From a candidate division WS6 bacterium GW2011_GWF2_39_15 (GTDB lineage Bacteria; Patescibacteriota; Dojkabacteria; SC72): a stretch of 64,000 bases of DNA. This document shows, piece after piece, positions 56,622-64,000 of this stretch. The position numbers and the translations under genes were made by a program. The notes beneath the pieces were generated by a model, which saw only the letters and a program-made list of their open reading frames with translations, did no database searches and had not been told where the DNA came from. The stretch lies in the NCBI GenBank assembly GCA_000993565.1, contig LBWK01000002.1, positions 160,620 to 224,619 of the forward strand, read 5' to 3'. Each line of letters begins with the position of its first letter. The stretch's first letter is position 1.

Positions 56622-57604
56622 TTTCTATTCAGATACTTCTCAATCTCGAGTTCTGCAGCTATTCCCATTCCTATTGCAGTGCCTGCCTGTCTGTATTCAT
56701 AATCCGTGCAGTCACCTGCAGCAAATAGGCCTTTTATGTTTGTTGCGTATCTGAACCCAAAATCAAACTGGTCAGAGATATCAGTATGCTTCTCAAGGGC
56801 GACTCTGTCCGAATTGTATATATATCCTTTCTCATCAAGAAGCACTCCGGTATCCTTCAGGAAGGAAGTGGTCGGGATATGTCCTATTGCCAGGAATAAA
56901 CCCTGAACATTTAGGACCTTTTCATCTTTCATTCCATCTCCGCTGACAACCTCAAGTCTTAATCCCTCTACACTGTTTTCCCCTAAAACTTCTACTACCT
57001 GAGCATTTACTATGAACTCAATCTTCGGATTGTTTTTTGCTTTCTCAATCATGAACTTTGAGGCTCTAAACTCATTTCTTCTGTGTATAATTGTGACCTT
57101 TGATGCAAATCTAGTTAGAAATGTTGCTTCCTCCATGGCAGAGTCTCCTCCTCCTACAACCGCTATTTCCTTATCCTTGAAGAAAAAACCGTCACATGTG
57201 GCACAGGCACTAACACCCTTTCCCCTTAATCTCTGTTCGGATTCCAATCCAAGCCATTTGGCATCAGCACCAGTAGCAACAAGTACCGCTCGGGATTGAA
57301 GAGTCTGTCCGTTTGATATTGTGACTGTAAAAAGTTCATCCTTTTTAACGGATACAACATTTTCCGTAATGTATCTGGTCCCGAATTTTTGAGCTTGGTC
57401 TCTGAATCTTTTTATGAGGTCAGGTCCTAATACCCCCTCGGGAAAACCTGGATAGTTTTCGACTTCTGAAGTTAGTGTCAACTGTCCACCTGCGGGTAAT
57501 CCTTCGATTACTAAAGGGTTCAGCATTGCTCTGGAAGCATAAAGAGCTGCTGCTAGTCCGGCAGGTCCTCCTCCGATTATGATAAGCTTTTCTGTCTGAT
57601 TCAT
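56618..57604 (-). CDS. trxB: thioredoxin-disulfide reductase
   Basis: FAD motif IIGGGPAGLAAA, redox-active CATCDG, and NAD(P)H motif AVVGGGDSAMEEA. Confidence 0.9.
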   Translation of the reverse strand: MNQTEKLIIIGGGPAGLAAALYASRAMLNPLVIEGLPAGGQLTLTSEVENYPGFPEGVLGPDLIKRFRDQAQKFGTRYITENVVSVKKDELFTVTISNGQTLQSRAVLVATGADAKWLGLESEQRLRGKGVSACATCDGFFFKDKEIAVVGGGDSAMEEATFLTRFASKVTIIHRRNEFRASKFMIEKAKNNPKIEFIVNAQVVEVLGENSVEGLRLEVVSGDGMKDEKVLNVQGLFLAIGHIPTTSFLKDTGVLLDEKGYIYNSDRVALEKHTDISDQFDFGFRYATNIKGLFAAGDCTDYEYRQAGTAIGMGIAAELEIEKYLNRN

Positions 57605-57634
57605 ATATTTATAATATCATATGAGTCAATAGCT

Positions 57635-59800
57635 TTATAACCCCCATGAGAGGGCTTTCTTGAATGACGCCATATCGCCAAAGGCATGTATTCTGGCAAG
57701 TGAGAGCCTTCTGTAAAAGGTATGGTCAATTGAATTGCCGCATGATACACCTATTTTATATCCACTTCCTGCGACCACACCAAAAGATTCTGTATCAGCA
57801 ACACAACCCGGGTATGCTATACCATTAACAAGCCGGCCTGTTAAACTTTGCAGTCCGTACTTGCTTGAAGTTATTTCAAAAGCCAGCTTTACAGGATCAT
57901 CAGTGGTTTTAAGGTTTGCATGCGTTGCTGAATGTGAATCAATGGACATGCCGTTATTTGCCATTTCTTTGAGCTCATTTCCTTTTATTGAGGATCTATG
58001 TGAGACAACGAAAAACACTCCGGTTAAACCATATTTCTTAAGTAGCGGGTAGGCGGTAGTATAGTGATTACGTACGCCATCATCAAATGTTATCATTATA
58101 GATTTCTGCTTAGGATTTTCTCCGGTTGCCAGTATATCGTGAAGTTCCTGAGGAGTGAGGGCTTTGTAATTGTGTGCTACAAGATAAGCCAACTGAGTTT
58201 CGAATTCCTTTGGAGAAACATATAACCCTTTGACAAATTGAGAACCTGATGTCGGGACTGCCGCGATTTGGTGATACATAAGTATAGGAACCCTGACAGT
58301 TCCTTTCGCTTGCGGTTTGATTTTAAAATCATACTTCTCATTAAAGTTGTTATTTGGCGGAGTTATATCATATTGGCTTAGGACGCTCCATGTATTGCTT
58401 TCGGCATCTCTTTTTTCAATGATAGAGACGGGAGATGTTGCGAGAATGACCTTGCCCTGTTGGTCTTTGACTGCGGTCAGTCTCAGTTTTATTACTACCC
58501 GTGTGTTCTCTTCTGGAGCACCTAAGTTGTTTGACATACTTAGTATTCTCGCCACATGTTCTGGGTTCGGATTTATAGTACTGGAATCCGCAAGATATGA
58601 AAATGTTTCGCTCAACTCATCTAGGGATTCATTAGTTGTTTGATCCAGCATCCCCGAACTCTCGAGCTCATTCTTAACTACTGAACAGACCTTTGTGTAA
58701 AGCGTGTATAGCTCTGGAGCTACTTCCAAGTATGCTTCATTAGAGGTTGCCGGGACAGATTTCTCAGAAGGTTCATTATCAAATGTAAATCGTGACTGGT
58801 TTATTATTTCAAGAGACTGTTGTTCAAGAACTTTTTCTACACTATTTGAAAGGCTGTAAACCGGATAGATATCACTTTGCATAAGTTGCCAAGAGTGTAT
58901 AGTGTTTTGTGGTTCATTGTCAGCACTTATTTTGAAATTTTTCAGAGTCTTTTCAATCACTTCCCCTTCTAAATCCTTTGTATATTTAAATTCCTTGTCA
59001 AAGTTAAGAGCTTGGGGGCTTATATCAAAGATATTATTTATCCTGTTAAGACGTGCGATATCTTCTATGTGATCGGTTGAGGCAAGTGCATAGAAGATAT
59101 ATAACTTGGTTTTAGTGTTAATATCAAAGAAATCATTCAACTGTATGAGTGCATCTTCATATTTTTTGTTTGATAGAAGTGCAGATGTATTATCCATCTG
59201 CATTTTCATTATTATTGACTGTTGCTGTATATAGCGGGATTGAGAAGTTGTAGAAGCTTTCCTGAAGTACCTACTAAGATCTTTAGCGGTCTCGTGAAGT
59301 AGCGGGTTTAAAGAAGACTCAATAATTCTCTGCTTTATTTCGGTCATCGAATAATTAAATAGATTTGCGAGAGATTCTCTAGTCATTAGAATAGGAAGAT
59401 CTTTTTGCATTAGGTCCGAGTAATATGAAGAGTAGCTCTCTTGTAGTGCCACACCTGGATTAGAAGTTGTAATTGTCACACCATTTGCAAGTAGGTTTAC
59501 CTTTTGTGTGTATGTTAATGAGATGTTTAACTTTTTTAAAGTGTCGTCATAGTTTGAGGGGAAACCTGTTAGAGGGTATGATGTGGTACTGAGGCTCTCC
59601 TTGTTACTTGGAGTATCAATTTGGCCTGCGAAATCAATTAATTCTGCCTGATGTTGTGAATATTCTGTAATTTGAGGAATTTGTTCATATCTAGCTTCCT
59701 GCACTTTCTGAAATAGCAAGGCTCCAAGGTAGGTTAGTGATACAACAATGATTGTAAACAGAAGTATGATAAGAACTTTTGCGGTAATCTTTTTTATCAC
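57635..59800 (-). CDS. membrane-anchored protein with C-terminal polysaccharide deacetylase (NodB/CE4) domain
   Basis: N-terminal TM helix. C-terminal region has IMITFDDGVRNHYTTAYPLLKKYGLTGVFFVV (TFDDG motif) and later His motifs (SHSATH). Confidence 0.7.
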   Translation of the reverse strand: MIKKITAKVLIILLFTIIVVSLTYLGALLFQKVQEARYEQIPQITEYSQHQAELIDFAGQIDTPSNKESLSTTSYPLTGFPSNYDDTLKKLNISLTYTQKVNLLANGVTITTSNPGVALQESYSSYYSDLMQKDLPILMTRESLANLFNYSMTEIKQRIIESSLNPLLHETAKDLSRYFRKASTTSQSRYIQQQSIIMKMQMDNTSALLSNKKYEDALIQLNDFFDINTKTKLYIFYALASTDHIEDIARLNRINNIFDISPQALNFDKEFKYTKDLEGEVIEKTLKNFKISADNEPQNTIHSWQLMQSDIYPVYSLSNSVEKVLEQQSLEIINQSRFTFDNEPSEKSVPATSNEAYLEVAPELYTLYTKVCSVVKNELESSGMLDQTTNESLDELSETFSYLADSSTINPNPEHVARILSMSNNLGAPEENTRVVIKLRLTAVKDQQGKVILATSPVSIIEKRDAESNTWSVLSQYDITPPNNNFNEKYDFKIKPQAKGTVRVPILMYHQIAAVPTSGSQFVKGLYVSPKEFETQLAYLVAHNYKALTPQELHDILATGENPKQKSIMITFDDGVRNHYTTAYPLLKKYGLTGVFFVVSHRSSIKGNELKEMANNGMSIDSHSATHANLKTTDDPVKLAFEITSSKYGLQSLTGRLVNGIAYPGCVADTESFGVVAGSGYKIGVSCGNSIDHTFYRRLSLARIHAFGDMASFKKALSWGL

Positions 59801-59940
59801 GGGTATGAATGTAACCTAGTTACTCTATAGTAAAGTAATAAGCGTGAAATAACAACTGGACATCTTTAGTCTTCTACAGGTCTTGCAAATCACTGTGGTA
59901 TAGGCTAATAATAAGTATATTAATATTTAATATTGTAAAT

Positions 59941-60660
59941 ATGAAGAGACCTTCTAAGAATCCTCTTTTAATCGTGTCACTCTCGCTTGTCGCACTTTTA
60001 CTTTTAGGTACAGGTGTTACTTACGCCTCTGACGGAGCAAAGCCCGGAGACCTTTTATACAGTGTTGATCGTTTGAGTGAAAATGTTCAGCTTGCCCTTA
60101 CCCTTGACGATAGTACAAATGCTGAACTGGAGATGAAATTTCTAGAAGAAAGGGTGGAGGAGCTGGAAGAATTTGAGAACGAAATGGAAGATTCAGCAGA
60201 AGATAAGGATGCTGACGGGAGTGTGGATGGTCTTAATCAAGCTATTGAAAATGTCGCAAAACAGGAAGTCCGACTAAGGTCTAGGTATGAGGAACTTAAA
60301 CAGGCTTTTGAAAATGGCGAAATTACTCAGGAAAAGTGGATGGAAATAGAAGAGAAATACACTGAATTGCTAGGGAAAAAGGAAGACAAGTTAGATCAAC
60401 TTCAGGAATTAGATAGTGAGCTCGAGGAGAAGATGGAGGAAAGAAAGCAGGAAGCAGAGAAGGAGCAGGCTGAGGAAGAAGCTGAAGAGCAGGAAAAGAT
60501 AAAGGAACAGGAAAGAGAGAAGGAGAACAAGCAAAATTCAAAATCAGACAACGGGGATGATGAGAGTAAAGATAGCGAAGAAAATGAAGTAGAGAATGAG
60601 GAAGAGGACGAGCCTGAGTCTGAGGATGATAATAGTGATAGCGGAAAAAATGAAGACTAA
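59941..60660 (+). CDS. secreted acidic coiled-coil protein, function unknown
   Basis: Signal-like N-terminus (LLIVSLSLVALLLLGTGVTYA), followed by Glu/Lys-rich coiled-coil and acidic low-complexity sequence. Confidence 0.5.
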   Translation: MKRPSKNPLLIVSLSLVALLLLGTGVTYASDGAKPGDLLYSVDRLSENVQLALTLDDSTNAELEMKFLEERVEELEEFENEMEDSAEDKDADGSVDGLNQAIENVAKQEVRLRSRYEELKQAFENGEITQEKWMEIEEKYTELLGKKEDKLDQLQELDSELEEKMEERKQEAEKEQAEEEAEEQEKIKEQEREKENKQNSKSDNGDDESKDSEENEVENEEEDEPESEDDNSDSGKNED

Positions 60661-61352
60661 TTCTTCAGGCAAGTATTAAGACCGCTTAGATCTCCTACAC
60701 AGTCACCATTCTTATTTAGTACTATGACCTTTTTTATCGTGGAGAATTGCAGAAGGGTCGTCTTAACCTCTGTTAGAAGCCGCGAGTCACTCATTACGCC
60801 CGGTTGGTTTAGATCTTTACAAAAGGTAACGGTTGCAGTATCAGAGCTATCTTCAATAACAAGTTTGAAGTCTTTTCCGCAGTTGGACTCTCCCGTGAGT
60901 TTAATCTGAGTAAATATTCCCTGAGACTGTTCAGCTGTACTAGGTCCTTTAATTAGCTCTTCCAGTGCAAATGTCCCGACATCTTTTCTGTCCGTTGTCC
61001 TTTTAGCTTCTACAGTATATGTAGGATCATCATTACTCTCCGGATCTTTAGAAAAGTAGATCTTCACTGTCGTTTGATTAGGTTCTTCGGTATCAGGTGT
61101 CTCGTTGTCAATCTGTTTTCTCTCAAGTGGATTTTCAAAACTTTTCCCATCAGGAGTAGTGCATCTTGAGGGATAACTTTCCTGTACAGGATACCCCGCT
61201 TTTACACAGTCGTCATAGTTCTTTATGTCTTTATATTTTGTACTTTGGTAGAGGAGAAAGGCGACAACGCCCAGAAGGCCAATAATAATTATCATAAGGA
61301 CAATGTTGATAATTCCTTGGGCATCATTTCTGTTTGTAGAAGTTGAGTCCAT
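60657..61352 (-). CDS. membrane-anchored GerMN-like domain protein
   Basis: N-terminal TM helix. ...VKIYFSKD...YTVEAKR...ALEELIKGPSTAEQSQGIFTQI resembles the GerMN (sporulation/germination) domain. Confidence 0.5.
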   Translation of the reverse strand: MDSTSTNRNDAQGIINIVLMIIIIGLLGVVAFLLYQSTKYKDIKNYDDCVKAGYPVQESYPSRCTTPDGKSFENPLERKQIDNETPDTEEPNQTTVKIYFSKDPESNDDPTYTVEAKRTTDRKDVGTFALEELIKGPSTAEQSQGIFTQIKLTGESNCGKDFKLVIEDSSDTATVTFCKDLNQPGVMSDSRLLTEVKTTLLQFSTIKKVIVLNKNGDCVGDLSGLNTCLKN

Positions 61353-61424
61353 TATAATGAAATAACAGCTTAGATGTACTACTAGATTAGTACTTTTAGG
61401 AAATTTATCAAGAGGGGAGATAAT

Positions 61425-62396
61425 TTACAGAATTGTTCCGTCTCCCTTCTCTTCCTCGTAGCCAATTATATAGATATCCCTTTTATCAATCTGATTGACC
61501 AATTCGCCTTCCCCGTTAATAATTCTTTCAAACGGTCTGCATTCTCGGCATCCTGCTTCCCCGTTCGGGCATTTAAAGCTTTCTAGCTGTCTGGCAAGTT
61601 TAATTTTACGTGCAAGACTAAGGACTTTATTGAATGATTCGTTATAATCGGGAAGCTCTTTTTCTGAGGGCAAGTCATCCTGCTCCAGATACCAGTAACT
61701 GGCCTTTGTAACCTCTCTCTTTTGCGTGTTTTTCACTAGCAGCTGGTAGATAGGGAGCTGGAGTGATTCTCCATCCTCTTTGTTATCAAGACTGGTTTTG
61801 AAATCGATTATGTGGACAGAATCAGAATCTTCAAAGTATTCCAGCCAGTCGATTTTTCCGCAGAGGATAATATTTTCATCCTCTGAAAGCCAGAAATGAG
61901 GAAAGTCCATATCAATTTTCACAGCTTTATTCTTGAGCGGTCCCGGGTTGTTACGCACTCTCTCTAACATTTTTCTTCCTCTTTCCTTGTATTCATTTTC
62001 TGAGGAGCTGTTAGCAAAGCCCCCCTTCTTTCCCGAAACTTTTTTCCAGGCCTCTTCATATCTGTCAATTAAAGGAGTTTCAAACCTTCGTTCAGTTGGT
62101 ATTACAGATAGCGATTCTATTACTTCATGAACAGCCTGCCCAAGGGACATGTAGGGATTCGCAGTCTGAATCTTGTGTCCAGTCTTTTTGTCTTTGTATA
62201 TGTTTTTCAAGTAATATGCACGGGGACATTTGAGAAAATCGCTAATTGAAGAGTGTGACACCCAGACTGCTGTATATTTGTCTTTCATTAAAGTTTTGTA
62301 GTATAAACTTATGTTATCGTTATATTGCATTTCCTGAAAAGAAAAGCTATATAATCTAGCATAAATTGGTATATGGAGTATATGAGACCGAAACAA
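61425..62396 (-). CDS. PD-(D/E)xK nuclease superfamily protein, Cas4/RecB-like with 4-Cys cluster
   Basis: N-terminal ...SISDFLKCPRAYYL (RecB-nuclease motif I with Cys), core motif D...IIDFKTS (D/ExK), and C-terminal CPNGEAGCRECRPF. Together these give the four Cys typical of Cas4/AddB Fe-S nucleases. Confidence 0.65.
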   Translation of the reverse strand: MFRSHILHIPIYARLYSFSFQEMQYNDNISLYYKTLMKDKYTAVWVSHSSISDFLKCPRAYYLKNIYKDKKTGHKIQTANPYMSLGQAVHEVIESLSVIPTERRFETPLIDRYEEAWKKVSGKKGGFANSSSENEYKERGRKMLERVRNNPGPLKNKAVKIDMDFPHFWLSEDENIILCGKIDWLEYFEDSDSVHIIDFKTSLDNKEDGESLQLPIYQLLVKNTQKREVTKASYWYLEQDDLPSEKELPDYNESFNKVLSLARKIKLARQLESFKCPNGEAGCRECRPFERIINGEGELVNQIDKRDIYIIGYEEEKGDGTIL

Positions 62397-62762
62397 ACAT
62401 TAGTAAATAGCTTTAGAATTGCTTTCAGCGGGCTATTTCATGGACTATTAAAAGAAAGGAATTCCAAAATACAGCTTACAGTTGCGGCAGTTACTTTAAC
62501 AGTGTCAATTATATTAGGCGTCTCAAAATTAGAAATGCTTGTGATAGTTACTGCCTGTTTCTTTGTGATAATCCTTGAACTTATCAATACAAGTATTGAG
62601 AAGCTTCTTGATGTTCTTTATCCTAACCATCATCCAGAAATAGGATTAGTTAAAGATATTATGTCCGGAGTAGTGCTACTTGGTGCACTTCTCTCAGTTG
62701 TTATCGGAGTGATTGTTTTGTATCAACCAGCGATAGAGTTTATTCAAAGAGTGTTAAAATAG
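62373..62762 (+). CDS. dgkA: diacylglycerol/undecaprenol kinase (DgkA family)
   Basis: 129 aa with 3 TM helices. Contains ...ELINTSIEKLLD..., matching the DgkA catalytic motif (E-x-x-N-T/S-A-I-E). Confidence 0.8.
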   Translation: MEYMRPKQTLVNSFRIAFSGLFHGLLKERNSKIQLTVAAVTLTVSIILGVSKLEMLVIVTACFFVIILELINTSIEKLLDVLYPNHHPEIGLVKDIMSGVVLLGALLSVVIGVIVLYQPAIEFIQRVLK

Positions 62763-62797
62763 AGAAGAGTAATTGTTATAGATAATCTTTAAAGTAT

Positions 62798-63124
62798 ATG
62801 AAACCGAGAGCGAGAATTTATAAAGATGAGAGGGAAGGATGTACACTGGTTCATTTCGAATCCGACCTGGGAATCCAGATCTTCGAAGCGTCTACACTTA
62901 AAAGAATGGGGATACTCTATGCAGGAGGAAATAGTAGAGATATGCATCCTAACTCACAATTTGAGTTTAAAGTTGGAGATACATTTGAGAAAGTAATTAG
63001 CAGGTTGGAGGAAAACGGTGATTTTGCTCTTTTTAGTAAAGTCTTTTTTGCTGAGTTGCCATCTGAATATTCACGGTTAGCACCATTGCACGTTCCTACC
63101 GAGGAAAGAGCTAATATGATTTAA
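62798..63124 (+). CDS. hypothetical protein (108 aa)
   Basis: ORF only. Confidence 0.4.
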   Translation: MKPRARIYKDEREGCTLVHFESDLGIQIFEASTLKRMGILYAGGNSRDMHPNSQFEFKVGDTFEKVISRLEENGDFALFSKVFFAELPSEYSRLAPLHVPTEERANMI

Positions 63125-63127
63125 GCA

Positions 63128-64000
63128 TTATCTATTAAAGAACCAGAATTCGATATTATTTCCCTGAGCCTTTTTAATGAACTTTGCTAGTACTTGGGTG
63201 TGGCGATCAATATCATCTTGATTTGTACCCCAATATGACCAGTCTGTAGCTTCAGCGGCTTCTGATTTATTCTCTGCAAATATATTTATTGAAACCTGAA
63301 AGCCTTTATCTCTCAGGCCTTTCATCTCGTTTAATATACTATTCAAAATCTCCTCTCTCTTTTTATATGTCTCTGTGACCCTTAAACTTTCATCATTGGC
63401 ATATTTTGTTTTGAATGTACCTGTGTTTACCCAGATCTTCTTTACCTTAAGATAACTGGCAGCTTCTGCAGCAAGATCAGGATTAATAAATTCCCGAGGA
63501 TTATCTATAAGAAGTGGATCTTCAGAGTTGTTTGGAGACCTCCAAGGGAATCCTTGAATTCCAAAACTGTCAACTAACCCCGGTTTTAATGTCTTAAGGT
63601 AGGGTATCAGGCTGGTATACGTTCCGTTTTCCCAGTTGTAGTCTTCGTTCGCATATGAAACTGAATTAAGCATTATAGAGGTTTCGGTTTTAGGAAAGTA
63701 TTTTCTGAGCACGCTAAGATAAATCGTTACATTCGTGCCGAATTGTTCAGGTAGAGCCTCTCCACGATTCCACGATGGAAGGTTAGCTTCAGGAAAGGGA
63801 ACCCAGATCCCCATTTGCTGGTCAGAGATTTTTTGATCTTTAATGGTCTTAAAGAATACGTCTATCCAGCCGGTATAAAAACCGGATCCGAACTCTTCAA
63901 AATCGATAAGTCCCCAGGATGTAATGGGTTCAACAATAACCACGGGTATAATACCGTATCTACTGTATTCCTTAAGGGTTGTACTTAGCCCTTCTGCAAG
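63128..64000 (-). CDS. hypothetical protein, 5' end beyond window (partial)
   Basis: The frame stays open through the window edge (...LAEGLSTTLKEYSRYGIIPVVIVEPITSW...). No confident motif. Confidence 0.45.
   Translation of the reverse strand, partial: LAEGLSTTLKEYSRYGIIPVVIVEPITSWGLIDFEEFGSGFYTGWIDVFFKTIKDQKISDQQMGIWVPFPEANLPSWNRGEALPEQFGTNVTIYLSVLRKYFPKTETSIMLNSVSYANEDYNWENGTYTSLIPYLKTLKPGLVDSFGIQGFPWRSPNNSEDPLLIDNPREFINPDLAAEAASYLKVKKIWVNTGTFKTKYANDESLRVTETYKKREEILNSILNEMKGLRDKGFQVSINIFAENKSEAAEATDWSYWGTNQDDIDRHTQVLAKFIKKAQGNNIEFWFFNR

Noticed and set aside
1-64000. Searched by eye for CRISPR arrays, transposase/integrase genes, rRNA, tmRNA and SRP RNA signatures
   Set aside because: None found. 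The only substantial repeats are the intragenic ~2-kb tandem duplication and short low-complexity or microsatellite tracts.

Overview
The window is a 64-kb stretch of an AT-rich bacterial chromosome, with GC judged by eye in the high 30s (not computed). Genes are densely packed and small, with frequent 1-20 nt start/stop overlaps. No rRNA, CRISPR array, transposase or integrase is visible. The following point to a Gram-positive-like or Candidate-Phyla-Radiation (Patescibacteria)-like organism, which is inference: rny followed by a ymdB-like gene, a PspC/LiaF-like pair, a T-box leader, a GlyQS-type glycyl-tRNA synthetase, undecaprenol-kinase-type DgkA, and a 2427-aa repetitive surface protein. 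Recognisable content in order along the window: the tail of the ribosomal-protein/rpoA cluster (rpsD partial, rpoA, rplQ, rplM, rpsI); an RNase P RNA gene; a minus-strand SAM-methyltransferase / Nudix / fmt operon facing a MazG-like gene; queA-tgt; rny plus a ymdB-like gene; hup with a clean intrinsic terminator; a CAP/SCP-domain secreted protein; greA, tRNA-Glu, a UDG-superfamily gene, trmD and a second Gre paralog; glyQS; pspC plus a liaF-like gene; a T-box leader in front of a lysS carrying a C-terminal PTH2-like domain; a 7.3-kb surface-protein gene containing a roughly 2-kb tandem duplication, followed by a MacB-type ABC ATPase and an FtsX-type permease; a HAD hydrolase, two orphan ABC-2 permeases and an HD-domain protein; serS, a 2H phosphoesterase and miaA; tRNA-Pro followed by three cytochrome-b5-like domains across two exported proteins, a ferric-reductase/NADPH-oxidase-family flavocytochrome, a two-component system and convergent trxB; a polysaccharide deacetylase; a Cas4/RecB-like PD-(D/E)xK nuclease; and dgkA. 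The candidates I rank highest for an undescribed system are: the b5-like/ferric-reductase-NADPH-oxidase/two-component/TrxB module; the LysRS-PTH2 fusion behind a T-box; the surface protein coupled to a MacB/FtsX exporter; and the cluster of nucleotide 'house-cleaning' hydrolases (Nudix, MazG-like, methyltransferase) next to fmt and queA-tgt.
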